Part shown: in pieces, positions 39,608-53,280 of the stretch
How positions within the stretch are numbered: position 1 is the first letter of the stretch
How the letters are laid out: each line of letters opens with the position of its first letter
Origin: the human T2T-CHM13v2.0 reference genome, Homo sapiens
Assembly: GCF_009914755.1 (NCBI RefSeq)
Contig: NC_060925.1
Reading direction: 5' to 3' (one strand)
DNA: 64,000 nt
Made by a program: the position numbers and the translations under genes
Notes under the pieces: model-generated
The model's database searches: none
Told to the model about the DNA's origin: nothing
What the model saw: only the letters and a program-made list of their open reading frames with translations

Positions 39608-40007
39608 AAAACTGCTTTTTTTAACTCTCTCTATGTATGTAGTAAAACTGCTAGTTTTAAGGAACCACTTAAGATAGTTCATACATGCAGTCCATCATTG
39701 ACTGAAATGTTGCACAGTGCATGACCGTACTTGTTAATTTTACTTGATAAAATTTTAAATATTAATTTTTTATTAAAACAAATATGAATACGCAATATAA
39801 GAAAATAAAAGTGTTTGCTTGAATTGTAAAGATAAAATCTGCTACTTCAAAGAAAGTTTTGGTTTGCAGGCGGGTATCCTAAGATTGTACTCCAGGTTCT
39901 CAGGAACAAATTGGTGGAAGAGTTTGAGAAGTGGGGAAGGAGTAGAGTAGAATCAAGATTCCTCTGGTTCCAACCACATGTAACAGGTGTGTGAAGTAGA
40001 AGAATCA

Positions 40008-40140
40008 GCCGGTGCAGTGGCTCATGCCTGTAATCCCAGCACTTTGGGAGACTGAGATGGGAGGATTGCTTGAGGCCAGGAGTTCATGACCAGCCTGGGC
40101 AACATAGCAGGCCCCTGTCTCTTTGAAAAAGAAAAGAAAA
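40008..40140 (+). mobile_element. Alu left monomer (FLAM-like)
   Basis: Single arm plus A-rich tail; imperfect TSD GAAGTAGAAGAATCA / GAAGCAGAGAATCA. Confidence 0.88.
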
Positions 40141-41940
40141 GAAGCAGAGAATCATGGGATTTGGACAGACAGACAGGCCTGGGTTCAGATTCTACCTCTT
40201 CCACTGTAATTCTAGTCCAATCCTTCAGTTGCTCACATTCTTCATACTTCAGTCCTTTATTTGTGGATTCTCTTATGTCTAATTTCTCTTGGCTGAAATA
40301 TTTACTGTATGTTGCAAGAGTAATCTTTCTAAATATCGCCTTTCAATGACTCCTTCGTCTCAGGAACTTTAAGAGATTCCCATTGTAGATATGATTAAAT
40401 ATAAACTCCTCTGTGAAACAGTAAAGGTTCTTTGTAATATGACCCTGTCTCACTCTAACCCCCCGTTGTCCGCAGCACGTGATGTGTTAATTCTCTGTCA
40501 CGTTTTTGCATACAATATCTTCTCCAATTATAAAACAGATTTCATTACTTCTTATGTGCCCAAATCTTACAAATTCTTTTTCATTACTTATTGCACGCAC
40601 AATACAAAATACTAACAAAGAAAAACGTTTAGAAGAAATAAAATCATCACCGGCCACCCCCATCATGATGATAAACCATTATATATCATAAATACACATT
40701 TTTTCAAGTTCTCTTCCAGTCTTTGTATTTTTTTGAAAAATTATAATAATTTTGTTAAAGTTCATAGTTTGATATCTGGGACATGGTAAATAGTAAGTGG
40801 TAATTGAATTTGAATCTCAAAGCCATTAATTATTTACATTATTCTGTAGTATCTTCATGAAAATTCCCTCTATTAACTCTTGTCATAATTGATGCCTTCC
40901 TTTTTGACCCCTCCATAGCATTCATTGTGTGTCCCATACATTTGACCTGAATATTAGGCCTTTATTATATACATAGCACAAGTCTAGTTATTTCCTATGT
41001 CTTCCCCAAATATTAAACCTTTTTTATTTTTGAGAAAAGAGGTTTTTTTATACCTCGATTGTATTTTTAAACATATGAGGAAAATAGTAATTGTTCAACA
41101 AGCATTTTAAAAATTGAGTTGTGATGTAGTAACTCTTTCATAGATAAGACATTTTGTCAAGAATTCTGGGGAAAGAGAAGCTTTCATTATGAAGAGCTAC
41201 TGCTGGCACTTACCATTCTTCATAATGTAAGTCAAGGGAAAGGCAATGACGTGGACCCAGCAGGACTTGTTCAAGTCTTACTTTCCTTCTCTGAGACCAG
41301 TAAGTGCTATGTGGGGTTATCCTCTCGAGAATGGAAGTCAGAGTGCTAACTATTTTCATCCTATTCTGTAGCAAGCAACACCCAGCATCATTATGAATTT
41401 CTCATAGGGAGAGCATTCCAGGGACCAGTCCTGGTGCTTTGATTGGGAAGGATAAAATCTTTTTGCCCTGAATATTTTAGTTATGTTACTGTAGTAGTTC
41501 TTTCCATTTTGTAAGAACAGTTACCACCATAGAGTTTCAGGAGGCACACTTGAAAGGAATTAAGAGACTCAAAGGAGCATTGAACAAGTCACTAATGATG
41601 ACCGCAAAATCACTACTACTGAATCATAACGCCTTTCATTAATGACAAAGGCATTTAATTGTACTGTTCACTTGTCTATCCTTCAGTTCTGAGTCTTGGT
41701 TTGAGTAAGAATGTGTATTGCTCTGAGCAGACTTTCTTATGTATTCATAAGGCAAAATCTCACATTTCAATAAGCATAAATATTTCTTTGGTGCCAGATT
41801 AGTGTTAAACTACATTTTCTTCTGTTGCTGGTATCAAGCATATCTGGCTAAACATGACCTGAAACCAACAGCATTACCTTATCAATATATAAACTCAGAG
41901 CAGAAATAAATTCTGCACGTTAGTTAAAGCATGGCATCAA

Positions 41941-41944
<4 letters not shown>

Positions 41945-41983
<39 letters not shown>

Positions 41984-42262
41984 AGATAGAGTCTCGCTCT
42001 GTTGGGTAGTGGTGCAATCTCTGCTCACTGCAACTTCTGCCTCCTGGATTCAAGTGATTCTCCTGCCTCAGCCTCCCAAGTAGCTGGGATTATAGGCACC
42101 CACCACCATGCCTGGCTAATTTTTGTATATTTAGTAGAGACGGGGTTTCTCACCATGTTGGCCAGGTGACCAGGCTGGTCTTGAATTCCTGACCTCAAAT
42201 TATCTGCCTGCTTTGGCCTCCCAAAGTGCTGGGATTACAGGCGTGAGCCACTGGGCCCAGGC
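41945..42262 (-). mobile_element. Alu (AluS) with T38 tail
   Basis: TSD GGCATCAAATC at 41933-41943 and 42263-42273. Confidence 0.95.
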
Positions 42263-44239
42263 GGCATCAAATCTTTGAGGTGTTCACAGCATAGCTGGGA
42301 AGGGTTTGCCATGCTTCCATGGCTGCATCATCCTGGTTGAGAATTGCTTTGTAAAAGAAGGAGGTGTATGCTGTTTTCTCCCCAGGAGCCTACAGCTCAC
42401 TGGTGTTTATTATTTTTCAAGGTTGGTTGTAGATTTTGTATTTTTTACATGAGAAAATAGGTATTAAACTCCTCTACCAAATTGATGCTAAGTCCTTATT
42501 AAGTATGAACTATTTGAAGTGCACAATGACCAATAATTGGCTATCTCTACATTAATAAAATACATATGGCCTTTAGATAAGTGTACATAGATGTTACTAG
42601 CAGGGAGATTAATGAACATTGAATGAACTTTGAAATAAGGGGCTCTGGAACACTTTTTCCTTTTGAGGCAGGTGAACTTCTAAAATTGATCAGGCTTGCA
42701 GATGAAAATATTTTATATCGCTTATTCTCAAATTCTTCTTTTAAGTAACAAACATTGCTCATTGAACTTTTCCATAAAACTGAATTTATAAATCAGATAA
42801 GAGTAAAGCTATTCTGGTGGAGAGAAGAGAGCACTGGAAAAAAAAAAATAAAAGCCGTGGTTCCACCATTCTGTCTCCAACACCTTAAGCCTTGCCATGG
42901 AGTCTGGAAACTTCTAAGTGAACACTTTGGAAACCACAATTTTAGATCCAAACATAAAATCCTGTCAAAGACTTTGATATATAAAGGAACAAAAGTGATA
43001 CTCTTGTGGCAGTCAATTATATGGGGAAAATGTAAACATGACAAAATAAAGCTGTAACCTCAAGTGAATCATTTGAACAGTGTTGGCATTGGAGAGGCCG
43101 CCCTAACTCAGCTTCCAAAACTTACTTGATCTGAAGGTTTATCTCGAGGGCTTGCTAAAAAAAAAAGCCGGGGGTGGGGGGTTTCTGGCCCTCACTCTCC
43201 CCGATATAAGACTCCTGAAATCATTTTCTTTTTCTTCATAAATATACCCCAAGTGATCAGTCAACTTTGGGAAAACATTGGATCAGATGCTCTTTACTTT
43301 CAGCACTAACGTTTTGATGATTCCATTCAATTCCTTGAGTTTTTCCCTAACCTGTGGGACAGGAACATTTTTCCTCAAATTAGTAAGGGTAGAGCAGCTC
43401 TGAAAAGCAGGAATTGAAACATGATGGAGTAATGGCAGTTACACAAAGGTGTCTCATTCTCAGAGAACTTGCCCAGACAGCTGTCAGGAGACTTTTAGAA
43501 AGTGGCAAAAACTAGGGTGTACAATAGAAGGCAGTGCTTGGAGTTCAGCAAAAGCTATTAAAGTGTTTCATGAGTTTTTTTAGGGTAAAATAATTTCTGA
43601 ATAATAACATACATATCTCTGCATCTTTCCAGGCCTGGTCTATCTTGGGGTACCAGAGGGCATCATATAACTTCAGACACCCAACTTCCACGGTTCTCTT
43701 AGACCCCCTACTGGAAACATGTTAAAGTCCCTAGGGATGTTTCAAACATACTCATGCATCTGTTGAGTACATAATAGGAGGTGATTTCATGTTCTCCCCT
43801 TCAGCTCTGTTTTCCCCTGGATGTCTTCCTCTCATAAAGCTGTGTAAGGGTGCCTTTTAAGAGAATGTACCATTTGCATCAAAGGTTCTGCTATTCCCTA
43901 AATGTCCCCAGAGAAGGAAAATGACTCCTTCCCCACTCACTGTTGCACTTTTCAGGTCAACTGGGATCCAAGCAGCACTGTGGGAACTCCCTTATCATAG
44001 AGTCCTTCCCTCAACTTCTTCTGGTTTCTGCTATCCGCAGACCTTGATATCAACTCAGAAGACTGTGTGGGAGAGATACCATTCTAACTCCACCTCACCG
44101 CAGGCAGCTTTATATAATCCTCCTCCTTCATTTATTCCCAAAAAGAGGTCCTCAAACAACTAACGCCTGCAAATCCACTCTTGTCAGATCTCTCCATTTT
44201 GCCAGACATGATTCGACATGTTGGAATCTGAATTTGGGC

Positions 44240-45430
44240 TCAGGATTGGAGATTCACTATGTATAGTTGTGTAGATTGGTAACTGATTTGAAAAAGAATC
44301 CCAGAGTACCTATTAATGAATTACTATACCCTGTGGGATGTGTCTAGGGGCTTGTTCAATGACTTTTTTTCAACATTTTTATTAGTGAATTAGTTTGAGG
44401 ACAGAGCTGTCAAGCTAATCACACTTGTAGATGGCAGAAAACTGGGAGGGACAGAAAATAAAGTGGATGGCAAAATCAGAATTAAAAATATACTAAGAGA
44501 TTGGAATGCTGATCTGAGTCTAAGAGATAAAATTTATTAGGAAGAAAACGTAAAGCTACATGTAGGTCCTAAACTCCACCTGTATAGATATGAGCTATAG
44601 CAGTGACTTTCACATTTATTTTACCATGGACTACTTTCTTTTTTAATTATTTATATTTATGTATTTATTTTTTATTTTACTTTAAGTTCTGGAATACATG
44701 GGCAGAACGTGCAGGTTTGTTACATAGGTATACGTGTGCCATGGTGGTGTGCTGCACCTATTGACCCATTCTCTAAATTCCCTCCCCTCACCCCCTACCC
44801 CCTAACAGGTCCTGGTATGTGTTGCTCCTCTCTCTGTGTCCAAGTGTTCTCATTGTTCAACTCCCACTTATAAGCGAGAATATGCAGTGTTTGGTTTTCT
44901 GTTCCTGTGTAAGTTTGCTGAGGATGATGGCTTCCAGCTTCATCTGTGCCCCTGCAAAAGACACGATCTCATTCTTTTTTATGGCCGCATAGTATTCTAC
45001 TACCATGGAATACTTTCATCAAATAAAATCTTGCCAGAATTCTCATATGTAAGAAAAACTTGTTCTGGTTGAAGTGGGAATGGAGGCTCTGGGAACCCAC
45101 TCCTTACTCCTCTGCACCACTCTCCATGGCCCCTGAGGACTTTCTGTGAAACACAATTTGAAAGCTCTTGGGCTCTGAGGTGGCAGGCAGAGTGAGGAGA
45201 AAGAGACAAGAAGGCTGAAGAGATGGCTAAGCAGCACATATGGGAAGAAAATCTGATCAATTTTAGTAGCAGACAGACTCAATAAGAACTAAAGATGTGA
45301 TGTGGTTATCCCTTGAACATGGTGATTTTATTTGGGTTGAGGTAAGTGACACAGTGTAGTAAGACTGGGGAATGTTTCTCTCCAGGACAAACCACACAGG
45401 GACATCATGTTTTCATACCATTGTGATCAT
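44240..45430 (+). mobile_element. L3/CR1 LINE reverse-transcriptase remnant, split by L1PA
   Basis: Degenerate translation FNIFISEL..LVDGRKLGG resembles CR1 ORF2 FNIFINDL..FADDTKLGG; a downstream piece resumes at about 45230-45310. Confidence 0.6.
44639..45000 (-). mobile_element. 5'-truncated L1PA (L1PA8-like)
   Basis: TTTTACTTTAAGTTCTGG...CAACTCCCACTTATAAGCGAGAA; 17-bp TSD TACCATGGA(C/A)TACTTTC at 44622-44638 and 45001-45017. Confidence 0.92.
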
Positions 45431-45734
45431 CTGAAAGCTATAATTTTACAACTTATATTTTCATTAAGATTTTATTATTATAGCATAAGGATTTTCCACA
45501 TGGTTAGATTATTATTTGTAATGGCTGCATACTATGTCATCATGTAGGTACTTCATGTAACCACTCTCCCACTATTGGAAGATTGGGCAGGGCTGCCAAA
45601 TACAGCTGCATAGACTGTGCACTGCACAAGTCCAAAGACATTCTCAGAGAATATAATGATTACAAAAAGTTGTTCTTATTTTTTTCTCATTATTCCTTTA
45701 GGTTGCCTGCTATTCAGACCTCTAAAATTTCATT

Positions 45735-46002
45735 TTAAAATTATTTATATAAATTTAAGGGGTACAAGTGTAGTTTTGTTATGTGGATATATTGCGTAGT
45801 GGTGAAGTCTGAGAATTTAGTGTAACCATCACCCAAATTATGCACATTGTACCCACTAAGTAATTTACCATTCCTCATCCCCTTCCCATTCTTCCACCCT
45901 TCCAGGTTGCCAATGTCTATTATTCCACACTCTGTGTCCATGTGTACACATTATTTATCCCCCACTTATAAATGAGAGCCTGCAGTGTTTGATATGCTGT
46001 CT
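45735..46002 (-). mobile_element. L1PB/L1MA 3' fragment
   Basis: AATTTAAGGGGTACAAGTG...TAGTGGTGAAGTC...CCCACTTATAAATGAGA. Confidence 0.85.
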
Positions 46003-46133
46003 TTTAAGGTCAGACATACACCAATGGGTATAGCCGGAAAATAGTAAAAAATATATTTGTTCCTCCAGTATTTAAAGAATTCTAGTAATACCTGAGTATG
46101 GTGTTTTCTCATTGGTCTCGGTAAGAAGAATGA

Positions 46134-46493
<360 letters not shown>

Positions 46494-46781
46494 TGAGAGG
46501 AATTATGAGTTTGATTCTCCCAAATGAGCAGGATGGCTTCAGGTTTACATATAACTCACCTCTGACCTTGTTCAGTACTCTGTTTCCTTTTCTTAAATAT
46601 AAGTGACTGAGATGAGATTATCTCAATGTTCTTATCAATCTTAATGTTTCATGATTCCATTATATTTTCCAGTCAGTCAAAAACATACTTTTAGAGAAAG
46701 AGGTGATAATACCTCATTCTTATAATTGAATCCATCTATTCCATGTCAGAGTCACGCAAACTCCTTGCAGAGATTCTAAAG

Positions 46782-47250
46782 CAACGGTTCTCAAAGTATG
46801 GTCCTGAGACTGCTGTGGGTACCCCAGACACTTTTCGGGCTTCCATAAGGTCAAAGTATTTGTATAGTAGTATTAAGTTGTCATTTGTAATTTTCATTCA
46901 TATTTTCTAGTGAATATTCAGAGTATGAGAAATTTATTGTTGTGTTGCCAGATTCCATATTGCAACTGACCTTTAAAAAACATTGTCATGTTTTGGTGTA
47001 GTGTCAAAGAAGACTATTGGCAATTATATGGCTCTTAAAATATTCCTCTATTTTCTAATTACATATCCTTATAAGGCCAAGTTTTCTTTATATAGTACAA
47101 CCAAAATAATGTCTTAGATTGAAAGCAGAACCAGATATGAGAGTCAATTTCTACTACCATAAATAGTGATATAAATAAACTTCAAAAACAGACATCTTCA
47201 GGATCCTCAGTAAATATTGAGTGTAAAGGTGTCTGGTGTTCTAAAATGTT
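46782..47250. mobile_element. hAT-Charlie family DNA transposon remnant (Charlie1-like)
   Basis: Begins CAACGGTTCTCAAAGTATGGTCC...AAGGTCAAAGTATT, similar to Charlie terminal sequence. Confidence 0.55.
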
Positions 47251-49293
47251 ACCAGAATTGCCACACTACCTTGTGAAAGAGGCTGGTTGCTACTGTTACT
47301 CCCCTGAACTTCCCTCCTTTTCTGTCCTCATTTGTTTACATGAAGGTCCATCAGGAAGAGCCATCAGCAATTCGAAAAATGATCATCCTGCAATACTCCT
47401 TGAATTCTTATATTTTGATTTATTTGAAGCTATGACAGCATTCCCTTTCGTTCCTTCTCTAGCATTTTATTCTTATATAGAGTTCAGAACTTATTTTCTG
47501 AGTTTTGTTTCAATTAAGGGCATTCTTTAGAAACTCTATATAAGAATAAAATGATAGAACATTCGTTAGATCTCAAGGGAATAAAAATGTAATGTAGGGG
47601 ATGGAGAAGAGGATTGGAGGCTGAGTTGAGGGTGGTAGGCAATATGGGAGGTCCAAGATTCAAGGAAAGAGATGATATCCACCACCCTTTTGTGTTCCCA
47701 AAACAAAGATGCAGGAAGGACTAGTATCATATAGTCATTGTGGTTGGAAGGGTCCCACAGAAAAGAGATGGAAGTTTTTCTCTGGATTACTCTATGTTTT
47801 ACTCTTTTTTAAAGGGCCAGGATAGGCCCAGATCAGTGCATGATCTGTATTGGAGGGACCCAAAGGTGCACTCAAATGAAGGGCCAGTTTTGTGAGTGCT
47901 ACTGCAGAGCCTGAAAGCTGTAAGGTGAATGCCGAATGCCTTCAAATCCTTGCATTCGCTTGGAAGTGACTCATTAGTAGGACTTCTGGTTGGGTATTCA
48001 ACATGCAGGGATCAGTGGAGAAGGGAAGGGACAGTAGGACAGAGTATACACATAGATATAATTTTTGTACTTTCATGTAACTTCTTAATGGATTTTCAGA
48101 TGATTCCTAGCCTGTTGAGCTCCCCATCCCTTCCCAACTCCCCTTTTAAAAACTTTTTGAAGGACATATCTCTGTTTTTATCTGATTCAGAGTGAAGACA
48201 CATATCACCTAGGTGAGGCAGACAGAGGCTGGCTTCGACCCCTGCTAGAGAGCATTTGAAGGGACACAGTGGCTTTTATCAATGCCACAGGCATAACTCA
48301 AGCCTTTTCATTCTCAATCAGGTCACCAGTAATGAGATCCTGGAACCTATCCCCAGGGTCAGCCCCTGATGCTACCGTCAAGCTCACTGCAATTTGGGCT
48401 CATCAGATGGAACATATAAAGAGGGGAGGTGACAGCCAAAATCCTAAGCAAATGCTAGAATGATTACATGAGGGCGGCCTTCAAGCAAGGTTACAAGTAT
48501 TCTAAGGTTACTATGATATGCAGTCATATGTGAAGTGGTCTAGCAATGATTATTTTCATACATGGATTTTAAGAACCTGAGTAAAATTTTTATAGAATAG
48601 AATTCATTTATCTCTCTTCATTCATTCACTCATCTATACACTGTTTGTTATACTCCAAGTCCTCTCACTCCACCTTTTCAGCACATTTGAATGACAAAAG
48701 TTAAAACTTGGCTGAGCCTAACTATGCACTTTCTTCACGACCACAGTAAAACAACTGCCTCTGTGAGAGAACTTTGCATGATAGGTCAGATGGGTATTAT
48801 GATAAGTTCTCAGTACTAACCTCAATATTTCCTGGCAATCCTACCTACTATTTCTGATTAATCTTACTCTCTGCAACAGCTTTTCAGTTGTTCCACCCTT
48901 TTCAAACCTCTAACACCAACTTCTCCACAGTACCACCAATCCTATGTTCCACTTATTCTAAGCAAATGGCCTGGCTTATTTCCTAGGAAATAGAATCCAT
49001 TAGATGGGAACGGCATCAACTTTCTGCTAAAACATACCAACTTAGCCACATCAAAATTCAGCGTTTCCCCTCGTGTCATAATAAAGGAGGGGAAATCCAT
49101 CTAAGCTGTGTGCAGTGCAGTGTGCCAGGTACGTGGGAGGATCACTTGAGCCTGAGCAACCTCGTGAGACCCCACCACACACACAAACACACCCTTCCAT
49201 CTGTGGACCCACATTCTTTAGCCTTTTCATGAAATTTGCACAACAATTTATTCATCTTTTGTCTTGTATGCCAACTGATCTCCTGATTGTCCC

Positions 49294-49704
49294 TGTATTA
49301 GTCTGTCCTCACACTGCTATAAAGAAATAAATACTGGAAACTGGGTAATTTATCAAGAAAAGAGGTTGAATTGGCTCATGGTTCTGTAGGCTGTACAGGA
49401 AGCATAGCGGCTTCTGCTTCTGGGGAGGCCACAGGAAACTTACAATCATGGCGGAAGGCAAAGAAGAAGCGAGCACTTCACATGGGCAGAGCAGAAGGAA
49501 GAGAGAGGCGGGAGGTGCCACATACTTTTAAACAACCAGATCTCATGAAAACTCACTCACTCACTATCACAGGAACATCACTGGGGATGGTGCTAAACCA
49601 TTCATGAAGAATCCACCCGCATGATCCAATCACCTCCCCCAAGACCCTACCTCCAATATTGGGGATTAAAATTTGACGTGAGATTTGGGTGGAGAAACAG
49701 ATCA
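49294..49704 (-). mobile_element. ERVL-MaLR solo LTR (MSTA/MSTB-like)
   Basis: TGTATTAGTC...ACTGGGTAATTTAT..AAGAGG...TGATCCAATCACCTCCC...ATCA; 5-bp TSD GTCCC at 49289-49293 and 49705-49709. Confidence 0.92.
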
Positions 49705-50060
49705 GTCCCTAAGCCCACTTTCTTTTCTTTTTTCATATATAATATTTTTTATTTCAAAACATTTTTGCAAACTTCAGTTTATGACACTTAAAGGGCCAGT
49801 TAAGATTGCTACTTGATATCTCAGGACTGTAAACAACATTAAAGGTTACCCAGATAAACTACCGACACAACCATTAAGCCACTCTACTGTCCCCACCACA
49901 CCTCTGTTTATGTTGGGCTTGATAATTCCAACAATACATGTTTACCCTCAAAGGTAGTAGATTTTATCTGTGAACTTCCTCTACTCCAAAATGATTAGTG
50001 TAATTCCATACATAGCTCTTAGAAATGCTAATTTTTCTTTGAAAATAGTAAAGGCTTTTT

Positions 50061-50142
50061 TATATTCTTTTTTAATATTTCAAAATTGCTATAAAAAGTA
50101 GTATATTCTTTTTTAATATTTCAAAATTGCTATAAAAAGTAG
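50061..50142. repeat. Perfect 41-bp tandem duplication
   Basis: TATATTCTTTTTTAATATTTCAAAATTGCTATAAAAAGTAG x2. Confidence 0.95.
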
Positions 50143-50148
50143 GTTTTT

Positions 50149-50443
50149 GCCAAGTGCAGTGGCTCAAGCCTGTAATCCCAGCACTTTGGTAGGCCAAAGT
50201 GGGAGGATCACCTGAGGTCAGGAGTTCGAGACCAGCCCAGCCAACATGATGAAACCCTGTCTCTACTAAAATAAAAAAGATTAGCTGGGCTTGGTGGCAT
50301 GCACCTGTAATCCCAGCTACCTGGTAGTCTGAGGCAGGGGAGTCACTTGAATCCAGGAGGTGGAGGTTGCAGTGATCCGAGATCATGTCTGCACTCCAAC
50401 CTGGGTGACAGAGTGAGATTCCATCTCAAAAAAAAAAAAAAAA
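50149..50443 (+). mobile_element. Alu (AluS)
   Basis: Full dimer with A-tail. Confidence 0.95.
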
Positions 50444-50459
50444 TAGTAGATTTATTTTT

Positions 50460-50680
50460 CTTAAACTTTTTTTTTTATTTTAGGTTCAGGAGCACCTGTA
50501 AAGATTTGTTATATAGGTAAATTGCATGTTGTGAAGGTATGGTGTACAGATTATTTTGTCACCCAGGAAATAAGCATAGTACTTTATAGGTAGTTTTTTG
50601 GACCTCACCCTCCTGCCACCCTCCCTGCTCCAGTAGGCCTCAGTGTTTGCTGTTTCCTTCTTTGTGTCCATGTGTACTCA
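50460..50680 (-). mobile_element. L1PA16-like 3' fragment
   Basis: TTTAGGTTCAGG...GTACAGATTATTTTGTCACCCAGG...TTTGTGTCCATGTGTACTCA. Confidence 0.85.
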
Positions 50681-50734
50681 GGTAAATCCACTCTCTATCC
50701 AATGTTTGCTATTTTAAGGAATGACCCCATGATT

Positions 50735-51525
50735 GCCTGTTATGCAAACTAGAAACCCTGGAGTGGTCCTTGACACTTAGTTTTCTTTAATATCAGATCT
50801 GTCATCACATTCTACTTCTTAATGTTTTTAAACATTTTACTTCTTAAATGTTTTTCAAATTCACTTTCCCCTTTGCTGTGGTATAAGCTAGCATCTTTAT
50901 TTTTTTAGACTACAGCAAACATTTTTAACTTGTCCTGCTACAGCTACTCTTGACCCCTTTAACTTATTTCCCAAATTATGTGATGTGTTCAAAACATAAC
51001 TCTAATGTTACGACCCCAACCCCACCCCAGTCATCCTGCTTTAAACCCTTCCTAGATTGCTCTCCAGCATTTTACAAAAAAAGGCCAGAGTTTTATATTT
51101 GAGATGGAAGGACCATCTTTTATGCTCCTGACTTCCTGGGCTTCAGCCACACTGGCCACGTTCTCCTTCAACACAGGCCTTTGCAGCGCTGCTCCCTCAG
51201 CATGGAATGTGCTTTGGTCCCTTTTGACCTGTTAAAACACATACTTATCCTTCATTTCCAGCTTAAGTGACACTTTTTCAGAAGCACACCTAAGACAAGA
51301 CCAATTTTCCACAATAAGCTTTCACAGCATCACGTGCCTTTCCTTTATACAACTTATGACAGCTGCCATTTTATGTTTATTTGTGAGATTACTTAATAAT
51401 GTCTGTCTCCCTCACTAGCCTACAAACTCATGCATGCAGCCAGGGACCATTTCTACTTTGCACTGTATTTCTAGCATAATGCTAGGCATGTAGTAAGCAC
51501 TTCATAAATATTTATCGAATGGATA
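50735..51525 (+). mobile_element. L2 3' portion
   Basis: Ends TGTCTGTCTCCCTCACTAG...GTAGTAAGCACTTCATAAATATTTATCGAATGGAT, typical of L2 3' termini. Confidence 0.7.
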
Positions 51526-51569
51526 TGGATTGTATAAGTGTTCAGGGCACTGTTTTAGATGCTCTAGGG

Positions 51570-51751
51570 CACTGATTCTCAAACTTTAGCATCAGAATCA
51601 CCTGAAGGCTTGTTAAGGCACAGATTGCTGGGCCTGAACCCTAGAATTTCTGATTCAGAAGGTCTTGGGTGTCACATAAAAATTTACATCTAACAATTTC
51701 CAAGGTAATGCTGATGTTGCTGGTCCATGGACCACAATTTGAGAACCATTG
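51570..51751. mobile_element. MER5A hAT MITE
   Basis: CACTGATTCTCAAAC...CATCAGAATCACCTG...TTTGAGAACCATTG; inverted termini. Confidence 0.88.
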
Positions 51752-51822
51752 CTTAAGGGAATTAAACATATGACTATGATATGGTCACCATCTTCAAGAA
51801 ATTTACAATTTTATTCTGGGTG

Positions 51823-52541
51823 TGAAACCAAAATTATAACTGAGAAAATTATTACAGTGAAAGACGTCTGACCTGACTAACTCCATGTTGCTTCTAACTT
51901 CCAGGCTGTCCTTGTTCATTCCTGGGCATAGGCCCAACTAACTTTGGGAGGAACTTAGTTTATAGTTTAACTTTGAAACAAAGACAATAACAGCCCTTTG
52001 TCAAAATAAAACCCCTTTCTACCTGGAGACTAGACTGCCTTTGCAGGACTAAAAAATTAGCCACAAAATTAGATATTATGGTTTAGGAGTCATGCAGCTG
52101 GAGGCTACAAGATTCTGACTCTCCCTAAATTACTCCTCAGGATAACCTCACTATTGTAAAACCTAAGATCAGTGCTTGAGATATTCTGCAGACCCTGCAC
52201 TTAATGGATCAGCCGGCATCATCCAGATAAATAAACTGGTGCATCTGGTCTTGTGGCCCCACAAGAGGACACAGCACAAGAGGACAGCTTCAACTCCTTA
52301 TGATTCATCTTCAACCCAACCAATCCACACTCCCTACTCACTGGCCTCCCACCCACCAAATTATCCTTAAAAACTCTGATCCCCAAATACGTGGGGAGAC
52401 TGATTTGAGTAATAATAAAACTCCGTTCTCCTGTACAGCCAGTTTTGTGTGAATTAAATGCTTTCGCTATTGCAATTCCCCTGTGTTGATAAACCGGCTC
52501 TGTCTAGGCAGTGGGCAAATTGAACCTGTTGAGCAGTTACA
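51823..52541 (+). mobile_element. ERV1 solo LTR (LTR8 family)
   Basis: TGAAACC..AAAATTATAACTGAG...CTAACTTTGGGAGGAACTTAGTTTATAG...AATAAAACTCC...CAGTTACA; TG...CA termini. Confidence 0.88.
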
Positions 52542-52851
52542 GGGTCAAATAGTAAATAGGAGAAATTTCGTAAAAAATACAGTATTTAAAAATTGTGGCA
52601 GCCAGAAATAGAAAAGACATTACATGATCTTGCCTCTTGTTGATGCACGTAATTGATGGCTATATCAATTTTATGGCCAATAATTATTATTGGTGTTTAT
52701 GGAAAACAAAGATCATTTCAGATTGAAATGATCATACAACTAGTTCATAAGATATAAAGTGAGTCTTAAAGGAAATTTAAGAAGAATTGAGGGGTTGAAT
52801 TCTCAGGGTGGAGTAGGATGAATAAATACATGAAAAAGGGACAGTTAGAGC

Positions 52852-53280
52852 TGATAAAATAAAAACTTCAGCCAAATTAAATGTAAAGGAGTTTAATTGA
52901 GCAATGAATGATTTGTGAATCAGGCAACCCCTAGAATCACAGCAGATTCACAGAGACTCCAGCGCAGCCACGTGGTGGAAGAAGATTTATAGACAAAAAA
53001 AGGGAAATGACGTACAGAAATCGGAAGTGAGGTACAGAACGGCTGGATTAGCTACAGATTGGTGTTTGCCTTATTTGGACACAGTTTGAACACTCAGCAG
53101 TGATGAATGGTTGAAGTATGGCCACTGAGATTGGCCAATACTTAGCCATTGTTACAGGTGCATACTCCTGAGTTAGGTTTTCAGTCTGTCAACCTATTAA
53201 GCTAGGTTGCGGTTCCTCCACAAGGACTCAAATATAGAAGTTCAGAGAACTTCTTGGGCCATACTTAGTTTGCTTTAACA
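52852..53280 (-). mobile_element. ERV1 solo LTR (MER57-like)
   Basis: TG...CA termini, exact 4-bp TSD GAGC on both sides, GGAAATGACGT and CCAAT motifs. Confidence 0.85.

Noticed and set aside
47500-48500. Possible ancient retroelement internal sequence or processed pseudogene
   Set aside because: No family or protein similarity I could recognise by eye; needs a Dfam or BLASTX search
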